Source: Cycas panzhihuaensis (taxonomy: Eukaryota; Plantae; Cycadophyta). From it: a DNA stretch of 64,000 nt. The position numbers and the translations under genes were made by a program. Below the pieces are notes generated by a model. That model had not been told where the DNA came from and did no database searches. It saw only the letters and a program-made list of their open reading frames with translations. The stretch is taken from contig CM041465.1 of NCBI GenBank assembly GCA_023213395.1, positions 119,419,741-119,483,740 of the forward strand, read 5' to 3'. Position 1 is the first letter of the stretch; each line of letters starts with the position of its first letter. Shown piece after piece: positions 62,401-64,000 of the stretch.

Positions 62401-64000
62401 ATAAAAATTAATACATGACTTAAATGGATAGATGTGACTTAAATTGTTACATGAATGATCTCTCTCATATAATAAAGCTCAAAATTCAATGGGTTCTTAA
62501 GAGCCAAAAAATTAAAGTTTGGTACATGTTATCCCCCGTATTTGGGGTATATTACATTAGAAAATAGTATGGAACCTTAAGAATTGCATGTAAATACCTA
62601 AAGAGGCTGAGAAAATAAAGAAATATGAAGATTTGATGAAAACTTTAAACTTTAAGCTAAAAAATTTGCACTAAAACAACTCCAAAAATCATCAAGTAAC
62701 CTGCCAATAGAAAGATCTCTCTATTATGAGTTCAATACAATATATGGGACTAAAAAAGGAGCACCCTAGCTCAAGATATTATTAAAATTGTGAGGGATAC
62801 TCAATAAAAGCTAAAAATAGGGGACTAGCCCCTTTCACTAGCTAACTACTAGTCGGGTAACATCTCCATATGACTAGGGGCTATGCGAGTAAGGGGCTAG
62901 GTGAACTTGAAAAGGTTATACAATCTAATTTTAGCTAATTTTAAATATACAAAAAAATATTAACCATAAAAAATATTGACGTCTGCCAAATTAAAATATG
63001 TCAAAAAATTGAAATCTTTAATAAAAGAAGATTAACCTTAAAATATTTAGGGTTCTGCCATTTCTTTGATCTATGTGGCCATATGAATATTATAAGACGT
63101 TGCCATTATAATAGGGCTGCCATGGTTAGTACAAGATGTAGAGACAAGTAGATTGTTGGTGCCACCAATGAAGAGAGAGCATGTAGATATAAATAACCAG
63201 AGATAGATGAAGCAACTAAAGATGTAGTATTTGCATTATGATGTAGATCTAGCCATGGTTTCACTCACAAGTAGATGTAAAAAATGATTAAAGACCTTAA
63301 GAAATCACTTCACATTCAATTAAAGGGCACTCAGAGAAAGGGACATCTATAAAGGTGCAAGTCCAGATTCACAGTCCTATACACATTATTCACTAGGCTC
63401 ATTAAGTAGATGAAAGAACAACCGAAAAGACCATCTAAAATGCCCCTATTGCCTATTAAATGATTCATCTACGTGAGAGCACAAAGCAACATAATGATAC
63501 TAATAGGATCCACTAGCTATTGAATATATTACATTACTTGTTTCAGAACCTTCTTCTGAATAACCATTCTTGCATTTCCATAAAATTTATGCCTCACATA
63601 CCCTAGGCTATGAAAACCCTTCATCACTAAAAGATCAGTCGATTTTATTGATACAGATAATACAAATGATGAAGCACCTACATCTGATAGCCCAAAAAAT
63701 AGTAGAGTGCCCTACATCTAAAAGGCCCACATCTTGATATGAAAGTTAGCCTATATGGATCGACAATAAGCTAAGAAGGACTAGCCAAAGCAAATTGTAA
63801 ATTTTACCTCTTATAAACAGTGTTAGTAATCCTCTAGTTAAGGCTATTGGCAATAAATAGAGCCTAGCTCAAGTGTAGATTTTCCATAAAGAACATATAG
63901 TCATGAGGAACATCTTCAATTTATTGCTATGCAAAACTTTAAACAATAGGATGCTCCCATGTTAAGGACTGAGGTATCTCATGGAGTTGGCCAATATCAT

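Noticed and set aside
63120-64000. Possible decayed gag or other ORF starting MVSTRCRDK
   Set aside because: Too many stops and no diagnostic motif

Overview
Plant nuclear DNA, probably from a non-flowering vascular plant (inferred only from the retroelement types). It is almost entirely nested LTR retrotransposons around one intact 6-exon host gene (minus strand, 19763-23285, 182-aa Ser/Arg/Lys/His-rich protein). From left to right: a chimeric Copia remnant; a decayed plus-strand Ty3 chromovirus (4116-17190, TSD ATCCT) with a minus-strand chromovirus nested in its leader (4501-10868); the host gene; and a second minus-strand chromovirus (26032-51853) carrying a tandemly duplicated pol segment. 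Nested in the latter is a younger 16.4-kb GC-rich Tat-type Ty3 element (29298-45715), the most unusual object in the window. Its pol RNase H lacks two catalytic aspartates. An archaeal-type RNase H with all four acidic catalytic residues (one in-frame TAG) sits as a stand-alone ORF about 3.7 kb beyond integrase, separated from pol by an antisense, apparently spliced plant-mobile-domain (PMD) gene. A decayed relative of that PMD gene's 3' exons appears near 60.3-61.4 kb, beside a possible Mutator-like remnant. The two minus-strand chromoviruses share a conserved, codon-patterned block in their long 5' leaders, possibly an undescribed extra ORF. Many indels in the young element may be long-read errors. 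All alignments were done by eye.
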